Source: Actinomycetes bacterium
GTDB taxonomy: Bacteria; Actinomycetota; Acidimicrobiia; Acidimicrobiales; JAJYXR01
DNA: 64,000 bases
Assembly (NCBI GenBank): GCA_021801525.1
Contig: JAJYXW010000153.1
Coordinates: forward strand, 3,986 to 67,985
Direction of reading: 5' to 3'
A program made the position numbers and the translations under genes. The stretch's first letter is position 1. Each line of letters starts with the position of its first letter. The notes below the pieces were generated by a model. It was not told where the DNA came from. It ran no database searches and saw only the letters and a program-made list of their open reading frames with translations. Below, piece by piece: positions 56,816-64,000 of the stretch.

Positions 56816-58057
56816 TCAGTGGGCGCCGACGCCGAAGCGCTCGGCTCCGAAGGGGAGGATCGCGGCCGGGGGTTCCGAGCCTGTGAGCCATGCTGCCACC
56901 GCAACCGCACTTATCGGGGTCAAGAGTATGCCGTTTCGGTAGTGGCCGGTCGCGACTATGAGGCCGTCTACGCCCGAGCCGACTCCGTAAGCGGCGAGAA
57001 CGGGCGCGTTGTCGGGCGTGGCAGGGCGCAGGCCTGCACTCGCATCCACCAGCACCATCTCGCTCACTCCTGGTACGAGCCGGTGTGCCCGGCGGAGCAG
57101 GTCGTGGAGGCCCCCCGCGGTGACGCTCGTGTCGAAGCCCAGTTCTTCCGATGTCGCCCCGAGCAGCACCGACCCGTCGGAGCGCGGCACGAGATAGATC
57201 GGAGCACCCATCACGATTCCGCGCACGGTCCTCCCGATGAGCCGCCAAGTCACGCCCTGGGGCGAGGCTCCCGAAGTCGGGGGAGGGGCCAGACGGATGA
57301 TCTGGCCCTTCACTGGCCTGAGAGGGGGAAGCGCACCCTCGGGCACTCCTGCGATGCCGCCTGACCAGCACCCTGCGGCGATGACAACGCGGGTCGCCGC
57401 GAGCTCGCCGCCGCTCGCGAGGCGCACCCCGCTGACGCTGCCGGCCGAGGTGAGAAGCTCCACCGCCTTGTCGGTCACGAAGCGGGTGCCTTCGTGGTGG
57501 CAGGCTGCCTCGAGAGCGGCGACGAGGGCACGGGTGCGTACTTGGTGGTCGTGGCGTGCCCAGAGAGCGGCTCGCACGCCGGGGGCGAGATTCCCCTCGA
57601 GCTCGCGGGCCTTGGACCCGACCAGCCAGTCGACGTCGAGTGCCAGCGAGCGCTGCAGCTCGTAGAGCTCGTGGGCTGCCTCCCTGTCGTCTTCATCGAA
57701 CGCCGCGAGCAGGGTGCCGCAGCGGAGGTATCCGACATCCATGCCGGTTGCCTCCTCGAGCTCGGCGGCGAAGGGCGGCCATTGGCCGGCAGCCGCCAGC
57801 CCCAGAGCGAGAAGCGCCTCCTCGCCGTAGTGGGCTTCGGTCACCGGAGCGAGCATCCCCGCTGCCATCCATGACGCGCCGCGCCCTGGAGCGGGGTCCA
57901 CCAGTGCCACCGACATGCCGGCGCGGCTGGCCTTCCACGCGGAGGCGAGCCCTATGGCCCCTCCGCCGATCACGACCACGTCCGAGGCTGGCGGGCTCGC
58001 TGGTGTACCGGGCGCGCGGGAGGCTGCGGCATCGGGGGAAGTCAAGGCATGCTCCAC
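56816..58057 (-). CDS. thiO: Glycine oxidase ThiO (FAD-dependent)
   Basis: DVVVIGGGAIGLASAW dinucleotide-binding motif and position upstream of thiS-thiG. GTG at 58057 within track ORF 56816..58609. Confidence 0.85.
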   Translation of the reverse strand: MEHALTSPDAAASRAPGTPASPPASDVVVIGGGAIGLASAWKASRAGMSVALVDPAPGRGASWMAAGMLAPVTEAHYGEEALLALGLAAAGQWPPFAAELEEATGMDVGYLRCGTLLAAFDEDDREAAHELYELQRSLALDVDWLVGSKARELEGNLAPGVRAALWARHDHQVRTRALVAALEAACHHEGTRFVTDKAVELLTSAGSVSGVRLASGGELAATRVVIAAGCWSGGIAGVPEGALPPLRPVKGQIIRLAPPPTSGASPQGVTWRLIGRTVRGIVMGAPIYLVPRSDGSVLLGATSEELGFDTSVTAGGLHDLLRRAHRLVPGVSEMVLVDASAGLRPATPDNAPVLAAYGVGSGVDGLIVATGHYRNGILLTPISAVAVAAWLTGSEPPAAILPFGAERFGVGAH

Positions 58058-58207
58058 GCCAACCGATCGTATGCCTGCGCTGGCCGCTCCGCTCGGGCAG
58101 CACCGCGAGGGGCCTGTTGACCACCAGGCGTGGGAGGCATAGCCTGGCACCGAGCGTTCCCTGGCAAGCGGGGGCGTGCCAACCCAGGGAGGGGCCAGGT
58201 AGAAGGT

Positions 58208-61200
58208 TTGGGACCTAAGTTCTTCAGGCGCGCCAGGGCGAGGTGGGCGCTGTCCAAGTCGGGGAAGTCGGCGATGGCGACCGTGGCGGCCGTGGCGCTC
58301 GCTACGGGGGCAGGCGGCATGCTCTTGCCCGCCACTGCTCCTTACGCCGCCGGAGCTCCGGCGAGCACGCCTTCGGGCGGGCAGGCGGTGAGCTCGCAGG
58401 TGGGGATCGAGCGCGCTCTCGCGACGGCTGCCGGGAGGCAGCCCGCAGCAGTTGGCAACCCGGGCCCGGCATTGCCTGGGGCGAGGATCACCGGGCGCCT
58501 GGCGGCTTCCCGGGAGATCCGCTTCGACGTGGTGCTGCGTCCACGCGACCCGGCTTCGCTCAGCGCATTCCTCCGTTCCCTGTACACGCCAGGCTCGCCT
58601 ACGTACCACAAGTTCCTCGCGCGCGGGCAGTTCGGGTCCAGGTTCGGCGCCACTCCAGGCACGATCGCCGGCGTGCGCACGGAGCTCGCGGCTCTGGGCC
58701 TCGACCCGGGACGCCCCAGCGCTGACGGGCTCGTGCTGCCCGTGAGGTCGAGGGCGCTTGCCGTGGAACGTGCGCTAGGTGTCACCGAGGCCAGGTTCGT
58801 GCTCCCGAGCGGGCGGGTCGCGTTCTCGAACTTGCAGGCCCCGAAGCTTCCGTCCGCGATCGCACGATACGTGAGCGCGGTCGTGGGCCTCTCGACAATC
58901 GCGCGCGCCCGGCCGCTCGCAGCGAGCGCAACGTCACCTGCATGCCTCTCCCCATTCGGACCAGCCGGCGGCGTCGCCGGTATCGTCGAGAGTGGCTTCG
59001 GCAGGCTTGCCGCCTCGGGTGTCCCGGCCGCCTCGGGTGTCCCGGGCGTCCCGGCTGGATCTGCGGCCTCGCGCTGCGCGTCGCGTGCCGAGCTGCCGCG
59101 TGCCGGACTGCTGGCCGGTGGGTTCCAGCGCGCCGGGCTGCATGCGGCCTGGCCCATGGGGTCAGCTCGCCCGAGCCTGTCGCGCCTCGGTGGCCTGCAT
59201 GTGGCAAGCACAGGTGCGAGCAGATCAGTGCGCCCGGCTGGCAGCAGCATCGGCAGCACAGGCACAGGCGGCAGCGCGCGAAATGCGTTGCTCGCACCCC
59301 GCAGCACCTCGGTGGCTAGCGCGTGCGCGGCGGCGGCCGATGCCGCGAGCGCGAACGGCGCGTATACGGCCAGCCAGCTCGCGACCGCATACGGATTCGC
59401 GTCGGGCGCCTACGTGAGCGGGCACCTCGGCGCCGGCGAGACGATAGGGATCTTGACGCTCGGTCCGTACTCGACCTCCGACATATCAGCGTTCGAGAGC
59501 TGCTACGGGATCTCGACCAAGGTGACGCCGGTCGCGGTCGGGGGCGGGACGGTGTCGGGGTTCGGCAACAGCGTGGAGTCGACGCTCGACATCGAGGTCG
59601 CAGCCGGGCTCGCTCCCCAGGCGAGCATCATCCCCTACGAAGCGCCTCCGACGGGAGCCGGCCCCTTCGAGGACTATATGGCTATGGCCAACGCGGATGC
59701 CGCCCAGGTCGTGTCGGCCAGCTATGGGCTCTGCGAGGCGTACGTCGGCAGCGCGGCGGCCCAGGCGGAGAACACGATCTTCGAGCAGATGGCGGCCCAG
59801 GGACAGACAATGGTCGCTGCTGCGGGCGACAACGGTTCCGAGGACTGCTACTCGTCCGGCGGCGGCCCGGTTGGCCCGGGATCGGGGCTCTCAGCGGCCG
59901 CCTGCCCCGCCTCGGCCTCCACCTGCCTGGCGGTGGGCATGGACGTGAACGACGGAGAGGGCGTGGTCGTCCCGGTGCCAGGAGGCGTACCTGGAAAGGC
60001 GGTAGCTGTACCGGGCACCGAGACGCTCTACGGGATCGCCTGCGACTCGGACATCACCTGCTATGCGGTAGGCACCACCGCGAACGGCGTCGGAGTGGTG
60101 GTCCCGATCTCCCAAGGCGCGCCTGGCGCGCCGTTCCTGGTGCCGACAGCGGCATCCCTCATGGGCATCTCCTGCGTGCCCGGCACGACTTCGTGCCTGG
60201 CCGCGGGCACCAACGAGTACGGCGTCGGAGTGGTGGTCCCGATTTTCGGCGGCGTGGCGTCGAGTGCCCAGACGGCGGTCGGCACTTCGGTCCTCCTCGG
60301 GGTCGCCTGCCCCTCGACTGCTGCGTGCGCTGCCGTGGGGATCGACTCGAGCTCGAGCAATCCTGAAGGGGCAGCGGTGGTGGTGACGTCCGGAGGAGTC
60401 GGGAGTGCCGTCGACCTCCCCTCGACGGCTTCGATGGACGGTATATATTGCACGGCTGCTGACACCTGCGTAGCCGTGGGCTCGAGCTCCAGCGGAGACG
60501 GGGTGGTGGCATCGATCACCTCTGGCGTGGCGGGCAAGCCACAGATGCTCAGCTCGTCGGGGCCGCTGTCCGCTGTGGCGTGCAGCTCGTCGAGCGCGTG
60601 CTACGCAGTGGGGACGGGCACCTCGCTGTCGGGCAGCGTGGTGGCGATCACGAGTGGTACGGCCGGAACCCCGGGCGAGGTCCTCGGAACAAGCATGCTC
60701 GGCGGGGTGGCCTGCCCGAGCGGGTCGGCGTGCTTCGCGGTGGGCTCGGATATGGCCGGCAACGGGGCTGTGGCGACGATTACGCCTGGTCCGGCCTTTG
60801 GCGTGCTGACGGCTGGGCAGGCGGCGCCGGCCTCGATCTCCCTCGACTCGCTTTCGTGCGCCTCCCCCACCTCCTGCCTCGCGGTCGGGAGCGACCAGAA
60901 CGGCCTCGGAGTGGTGATGCCTATCACCAACGGAACCCCCGGAGCTCCCGTGGAGGTGGCGGGAGCGGCCGCCCTCTTCGGGGTGTCGTGTGTCTCCTCG
61001 GGCACCTGCGAGGCCGTGGGCATGGGGTTCTCGGCCAGCTCGGGCCTCGCTGGGGTCGCGCTCGAGGTGAACGGCAGCCAGCTCGGCCAGGTCGAGACGG
61101 TGAGCAGCTCCGTAGCCCTCGAAGCTGTCTCGTGCTACGGGGCGGGGGACTGCGAAGCTGCCGGCGTCGGGGGGATCGCGTCTGGGCCCGCATCGGCGGG

Positions 61201-64000
61201 TAACGGAGTGCTGGTGCCGATCGCGAACGGCGCTCCGGGCAGCGCGACGAGCATCCCCGGGGTGCTCTTCGCCGGCGTCGCGTGCAGCTCCTCGTCGTCG
61301 TGCGCCGCCGTCGGGGCGGAGCCCCTGCCGAGTGGAGGGAGCGAGGGCGCAGTGGTAAGCGTCTCGGGCGGCACGGCGGGATCCCCCGAGCTGGTCAGCG
61401 GGGCGGCCGCCCTGAACTCGGTCGCGTGCTCTTCGGCAACTTCCTGCGAGGCTGCCGGCTACGTCTCGGGTGCGTCGGGCAGCGCCGAGGGCGTGCTGGT
61501 CGCGCTGTCGAGCGGCACGCCGGGGAGCCCGCTCGACGTGGCGGAAACCTCGGCGCTCCTCGGCATCTCGTGCGCGTCGTCCACCTGCGAGGCCTCCGGT
61601 GTCGATCTCACCGGGCCGACCAGCAGCAACGGGGTGGTGGTGGCGATTAGCGGGGGCTTACCCGCCAGCCCGCAGGGCGTGCCGGCAAGCTCGGGACTTG
61701 ACGCCATATCCTGCACGTCCTCGACTCTCTGCGAGGCGGTGGGGAACGACCCGGCAGGCAATCCCCAGGTGCTCCAGGTGAGCGGGGGAGCGCCGGGAAG
61801 CCCGGTGCTCGCCTGGTTCGGACCGGGTCTCTACGGAGTCTCGTGCTCCGCCTCGGCCTGCGAGGCGGCCGGTTCGTCGGGGCAGAGCGCCAGCCTCTCG
61901 GCACTTACGAGCGGGTCCGCAGGAGCACCCGTGGTGGTGCCTGGCGCCATCGCCCTTGTCGCTGTGTCCTGCCCGGCGACGGGGAGCTGCGAGGCCGTTG
62001 GCCTCAGCGCGGGCGGCGAAGGGGTCGTCCTAGGGGTGTCAGGCGGCACGGCAGGTAGCCCCGTCGCAGTGCCGGGCACCTCGGAGCTGACGTCGGTGTC
62101 GTGTGTTTCGGTCGGCAACTGCGTGGCCGTCGGCTCCAGCGCGGGCGGCGAAGGGGTCGTCGTCGCCATTGGCAATGGCACGCCCGGCGCTGCATCGGCA
62201 GTTGCAGGCACGAGCGGTCTCACGGGCGTGTCCTGCGCGTCCGCGAGTACGTGCGAGGCCGTCGGGTACGAGATCGCTTCGGGGGGTTCGCCCGGAGGCG
62301 TGGCACTCACCGTCACCGGCGGTACTCCCGGAAGCGTCGTCGCGCTGAGTGGCACGAGCGTACTGAACGGCATCTCGTGCGCGTCGGCCAGCACCTGCGA
62401 GGCGGTCGGGGGCGAGATCACCTCCTCGGGGTCGGGCTCGTCTGCGAGTGCTCCGGCAGAGGGCGTCGTGGTTAGCCTGGCGAGTGGCTCCCCCGGCAGC
62501 GCTCAGGCAGTCGCAGGAGCGTTCTCCCTCTACGCGGTCTCGTGCGCGACTTCGGGCAGCTGCGAAGCCACCGGGTCGAGCGAGTCAGGAGCGTACAGCG
62601 TGGTCGTAGGCGTGAGCGGCGGGGTACCGGGGAGTGTGATCGGGACCTGGGCAGCCGTGCTCCAGGGGCTCTCGTGTGCCTCCACCACCACCTGCGTGCT
62701 CGTGGGATCGGACCAGGCAGGTCAGGGAGTGGCCCTGGCCACGTCGAGCGGGGTCCCGCTGGACACCCTCTACTCGGCGTCCATGCCCATAGGACTTGCC
62801 GTGGACGACCCGGCATCCCAGCCTTTCGTGACGGCGGTCGGGGGCACGAGTCTCACCTCGCTCGGCCCACCCCCGGTCCAGTCCGCCTGGAACAACGGCG
62901 TGGCATCGGGCGGTGGAGCCGGAGGTGGCGGGATCTCTTCCATCTGGCAGATGCCGTCCTGGCAGAAGGGGACCGGCGTGGTCAACCAGTACTCGAGCGG
63001 GTCCCCCTGCGGGGCCCCCTCGGGCAGCTATTGCCGCGAGGTCCCCGATGTGTCCGCTTCGGCGGACCCGAACCACGGAGACGTCATCTACTACCAGGGA
63101 GCGTGGCAGGTCATCGGAGGCACCAGCGAAGCGGCCCCCCTCTGGGCGGCCCTGGTCGCCGTGGCCAACGAGGGATGCTCGAGCTCGACGGGCTTCGCGA
63201 ACCCGGCTCTCTATGCTCACGCGAGCGACCTCCAAGGCGTCACCATGGGCAACAACGACTACACCGGCACCAACGGTGGGCTCTACCCGGCGACCGCCGG
63301 ATACAACCTGGCCACCGGTCTCGGCACGCCCACTGCTGCGATCTTCGCCCCGGGAGCCCTTTGCCCGGCTCCGCTGGCGGAGCCGTCTGCCAGCGGGCTC
63401 ACGGTGGTGCCGGCGGACAACACGACCGGGGCGACGACCACTTACCAGGTGAGCTTCACCACTTCCTCCAAGGGGGCTCTGGCGGCTCCTGCTTCCATCT
63501 ACCTGACCATGACCGCTGGTACGACCATGCCGGCCTCCTCCGCAGACTACGCCGTCAGCGACGTCGCAGGGGGCTCCGACAAGGTGTCCTCGGTGACCGT
63601 CTTCGCTGCAGGAGGGTCTGCTACGCCCAACGAGGTCGCCATCTCCCTCTCTGCCTCGAGCATCACCGCGAACGACGGCGTCGCCATCGCGATCTCGGGA
63701 GTCGCGAACCCTTCGCTCGCCTCGCCCGATGACACGGCGACCGCAAGCACCTCCGCCGATACGGTCGTGCTGACATCGGCGCCCTACGCTGTCGTCGCGC
63801 CGCCGGTGGTCACGGGTACCTACGTCCCCATGTCTCCGGCGCGCATAGTAGACACCCGCTGCTCGGAGTCCCCGCTGCCGGCCTCGCTCAGCGCCTCGTA
63901 CTGCGCGGCGCTTCCCACGGCCAACGCCTCGCTGTCCTCGCCGGCGGGCGCGAAGAAGATCCACGTGCAGGTGACCGGCGTCGGCGGCGTGCCGGACACC
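58208..64000 (+). CDS. Giant exported S53 (sedolisin/kumamolisin-type) peptidase, 3'-truncated by the window end, with a large intradomain repeat insertion
   Basis: The frame in phase with 58226 has no stop from 58208 or earlier to 64000. It is absent from the ORF track because there is no stop codon in the window. Motifs in order: signal-like KSGKSAMATVAAVALATGAGGMLLPATAPYAAG; pro-kumamolisin activation domain (FDVVLRPRDPASLSAFLRSLYTPGSPTYHKFL...); catalytic VESTLDIEVAAG (Glu 59576, Asp 59588), SASYGLCE, AAAGDNGSEDC (Asp 59828), VDDPASQPFVTAVGGTSL (62801-), GGTSEAAPLWAA (Ser 63125). Start is either TTG at 58208 or ATG at 58274. Confidence 0.85.
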   Translation, partial: MGPKFFRRARARWALSKSGKSAMATVAAVALATGAGGMLLPATAPYAAGAPASTPSGGQAVSSQVGIERALATAAGRQPAAVGNPGPALPGARITGRLAASREIRFDVVLRPRDPASLSAFLRSLYTPGSPTYHKFLARGQFGSRFGATPGTIAGVRTELAALGLDPGRPSADGLVLPVRSRALAVERALGVTEARFVLPSGRVAFSNLQAPKLPSAIARYVSAVVGLSTIARARPLAASATSPACLSPFGPAGGVAGIVESGFGRLAASGVPAASGVPGVPAGSAASRCASRAELPRAGLLAGGFQRAGLHAAWPMGSARPSLSRLGGLHVASTGASRSVRPAGSSIGSTGTGGSARNALLAPRSTSVASACAAAADAASANGAYTASQLATAYGFASGAYVSGHLGAGETIGILTLGPYSTSDISAFESCYGISTKVTPVAVGGGTVSGFGNSVESTLDIEVAAGLAPQASIIPYEAPPTGAGPFEDYMAMANADAAQVVSASYGLCEAYVGSAAAQAENTIFEQMAAQGQTMVAAAGDNGSEDCYSSGGGPVGPGSGLSAAACPASASTCLAVGMDVNDGEGVVVPVPGGVPGKAVAVPGTETLYGIACDSDITCYAVGTTANGVGVVVPISQGAPGAPFLVPTAASLMGISCVPGTTSCLAAGTNEYGVGVVVPIFGGVASSAQTAVGTSVLLGVACPSTAACAAVGIDSSSSNPEGAAVVVTSGGVGSAVDLPSTASMDGIYCTAADTCVAVGSSSSGDGVVASITSGVAGKPQMLSSSGPLSAVACSSSSACYAVGTGTSLSGSVVAITSGTAGTPGEVLGTSMLGGVACPSGSACFAVGSDMAGNGAVATITPGPAFGVLTAGQAAPASISLDSLSCASPTSCLAVGSDQNGLGVVMPITNGTPGAPVEVAGAAALFGVSCVSSGTCEAVGMGFSASSGLAGVALEVNGSQLGQVETVSSSVALEAVSCYGAGDCEAAGVGGIASGPASAGNGVLVPIANGAPGSATSIPGVLFAGVACSSSSSCAAVGAEPLPSGGSEGAVVSVSGGTAGSPELVSGAAALNSVACSSATSCEAAGYVSGASGSAEGVLVALSSGTPGSPLDVAETSALLGISCASSTCEASGVDLTGPTSSNGVVVAISGGLPASPQGVPASSGLDAISCTSSTLCEAVGNDPAGNPQVLQVSGGAPGSPVLAWFGPGLYGVSCSASACEAAGSSGQSASLSALTSGSAGAPVVVPGAIALVAVSCPATGSCEAVGLSAGGEGVVLGVSGGTAGSPVAVPGTSELTSVSCVSVGNCVAVGSSAGGEGVVVAIGNGTPGAASAVAGTSGLTGVSCASASTCEAVGYEIASGGSPGGVALTVTGGTPGSVVALSGTSVLNGISCASASTCEAVGGEITSSGSGSSASAPAEGVVVSLASGSPGSAQAVAGAFSLYAVSCATSGSCEATGSSESGAYSVVVGVSGGVPGSVIGTWAAVLQGLSCASTTTCVLVGSDQAGQGVALATSSGVPLDTLYSASMPIGLAVDDPASQPFVTAVGGTSLTSLGPPPVQSAWNNGVASGGGAGGGGISSIWQMPSWQKGTGVVNQYSSGSPCGAPSGSYCREVPDVSASADPNHGDVIYYQGAWQVIGGTSEAAPLWAALVAVANEGCSSSTGFANPALYAHASDLQGVTMGNNDYTGTNGGLYPATAGYNLATGLGTPTAAIFAPGALCPAPLAEPSASGLTVVPADNTTGATTTYQVSFTTSSKGALAAPASIYLTMTAGTTMPASSADYAVSDVAGGSDKVSSVTVFAAGGSATPNEVAISLSASSITANDGVAIAISGVANPSLASPDDTATASTSADTVVLTSAPYAVVAPPVVTGTYVPMSPARIVDTRCSESPLPASLSASYCAALPTANASLSSPAGAKKIHVQVTGVGGVPDT
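59880..62790 (+). repeat. Protein-level array of about 21 diverged repeats of about 46 aa (about 138 bp), each with a C-x(5-7)-C-x-A-[VA]-G core
   Basis: Cores read in frame: AACPASASTCLAVG, IACDSDITCYAVG, ISCVPGTTSCLAAG, VACPSTAACAAVG, IYCTAADTCVAVG, VACSSSSACYAVG, VACPSGSACFAVG, LSCASPTSCLAVG, VSCVSSGTCEAVG, VSCYGAGDCEAAG, VACSSSSSCAAVG, VACSSATSCEAAG, ISCASSTCEASG, ISCTSSTLCEAVG, VSCSASACEAAG, VSCPATGSCEAVG, VSCVSVGNCVAVG, VSCASASTCEAVG, ISCASASTCEAVG, VSCATSGSCEATG, LSCASTTTCVLVG. Confidence 0.85.

Noticed and set aside
58058-58207. Expected TPP riboswitch upstream of thiO.
   Set aside because: The minus-strand leader has fragments such as ACCUGG and GCCAGCGCAGG, but it lacks the CUGAGA and ACCUGAUC(C/U)GG cores in the right order. 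Not called.
59323-63964. Track ORFs inside the sedolisin gene (59323..60366+, 60580..61203+, 62542..63732+, 60061..60537-, 60601..61023-, 61831..62421-, 62585..63964- and others).
   Set aside because: All are off-frame or antisense to the continuous frame that carries ordered S53 motifs. Their translations are Arg/Gly/Pro-rich or mirror the repeat periodicity, as expected for shadow ORFs in 70% GC DNA.

Overview
This is a high-GC (about 68-70%) chromosomal segment that looks like Actinomycetota, judging by SepF, DivIVA, the proteasome activator Bpa, NrdR and the absence of ftsA. The core (8.0-27.6 kb) is a complete division/cell-wall (dcw) cluster: mraZ-rsmH-ftsL-ftsI-murE-mraY-murD-ftsW-murG-murC-murB-ftsQ-ftsZ, then pgeF-yggS-sepF-yggT-divIVA. 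Most genes in it are linked by 4-nt ATGA/GTGA overlaps. murF is missing from its usual slot, and a yefM-yoeB toxin-antitoxin pair sits between ftsZ and pgeF. Flanking genes are housekeeping: nrdR, dinB, a ROK kinase, ileS, a DksA-type zinc-finger protein, lspA, rluD, a sigma factor, an Rrf2 regulator, bpa, dnaE, an ABC exporter, two tandem Tat-exported phosphoesterases, and thiO-thiS-thiG-thiD. The most unusual feature is an ORF that starts at about 58.2 kb and is still open at the window end (over 1,900 codons). The supplied ORF track does not list it because it has no stop codon in the window. It encodes an S53 sedolisin-type peptidase whose catalytic domain is interrupted by about 990 residues, made of roughly 21 copies of a 46-aa two-cysteine repeat that I cannot assign to a named family. 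The window also holds at least 17 short tandem-repeat arrays (units of 9-25 bp). One of them forms a chain of overlapping 6-codon mini-ORFs between ftsL and ftsI. No rRNA, tRNA, CRISPR array, transposase or prophage genes were seen. All calls come from reading the sequence and its translations; no database search was run.
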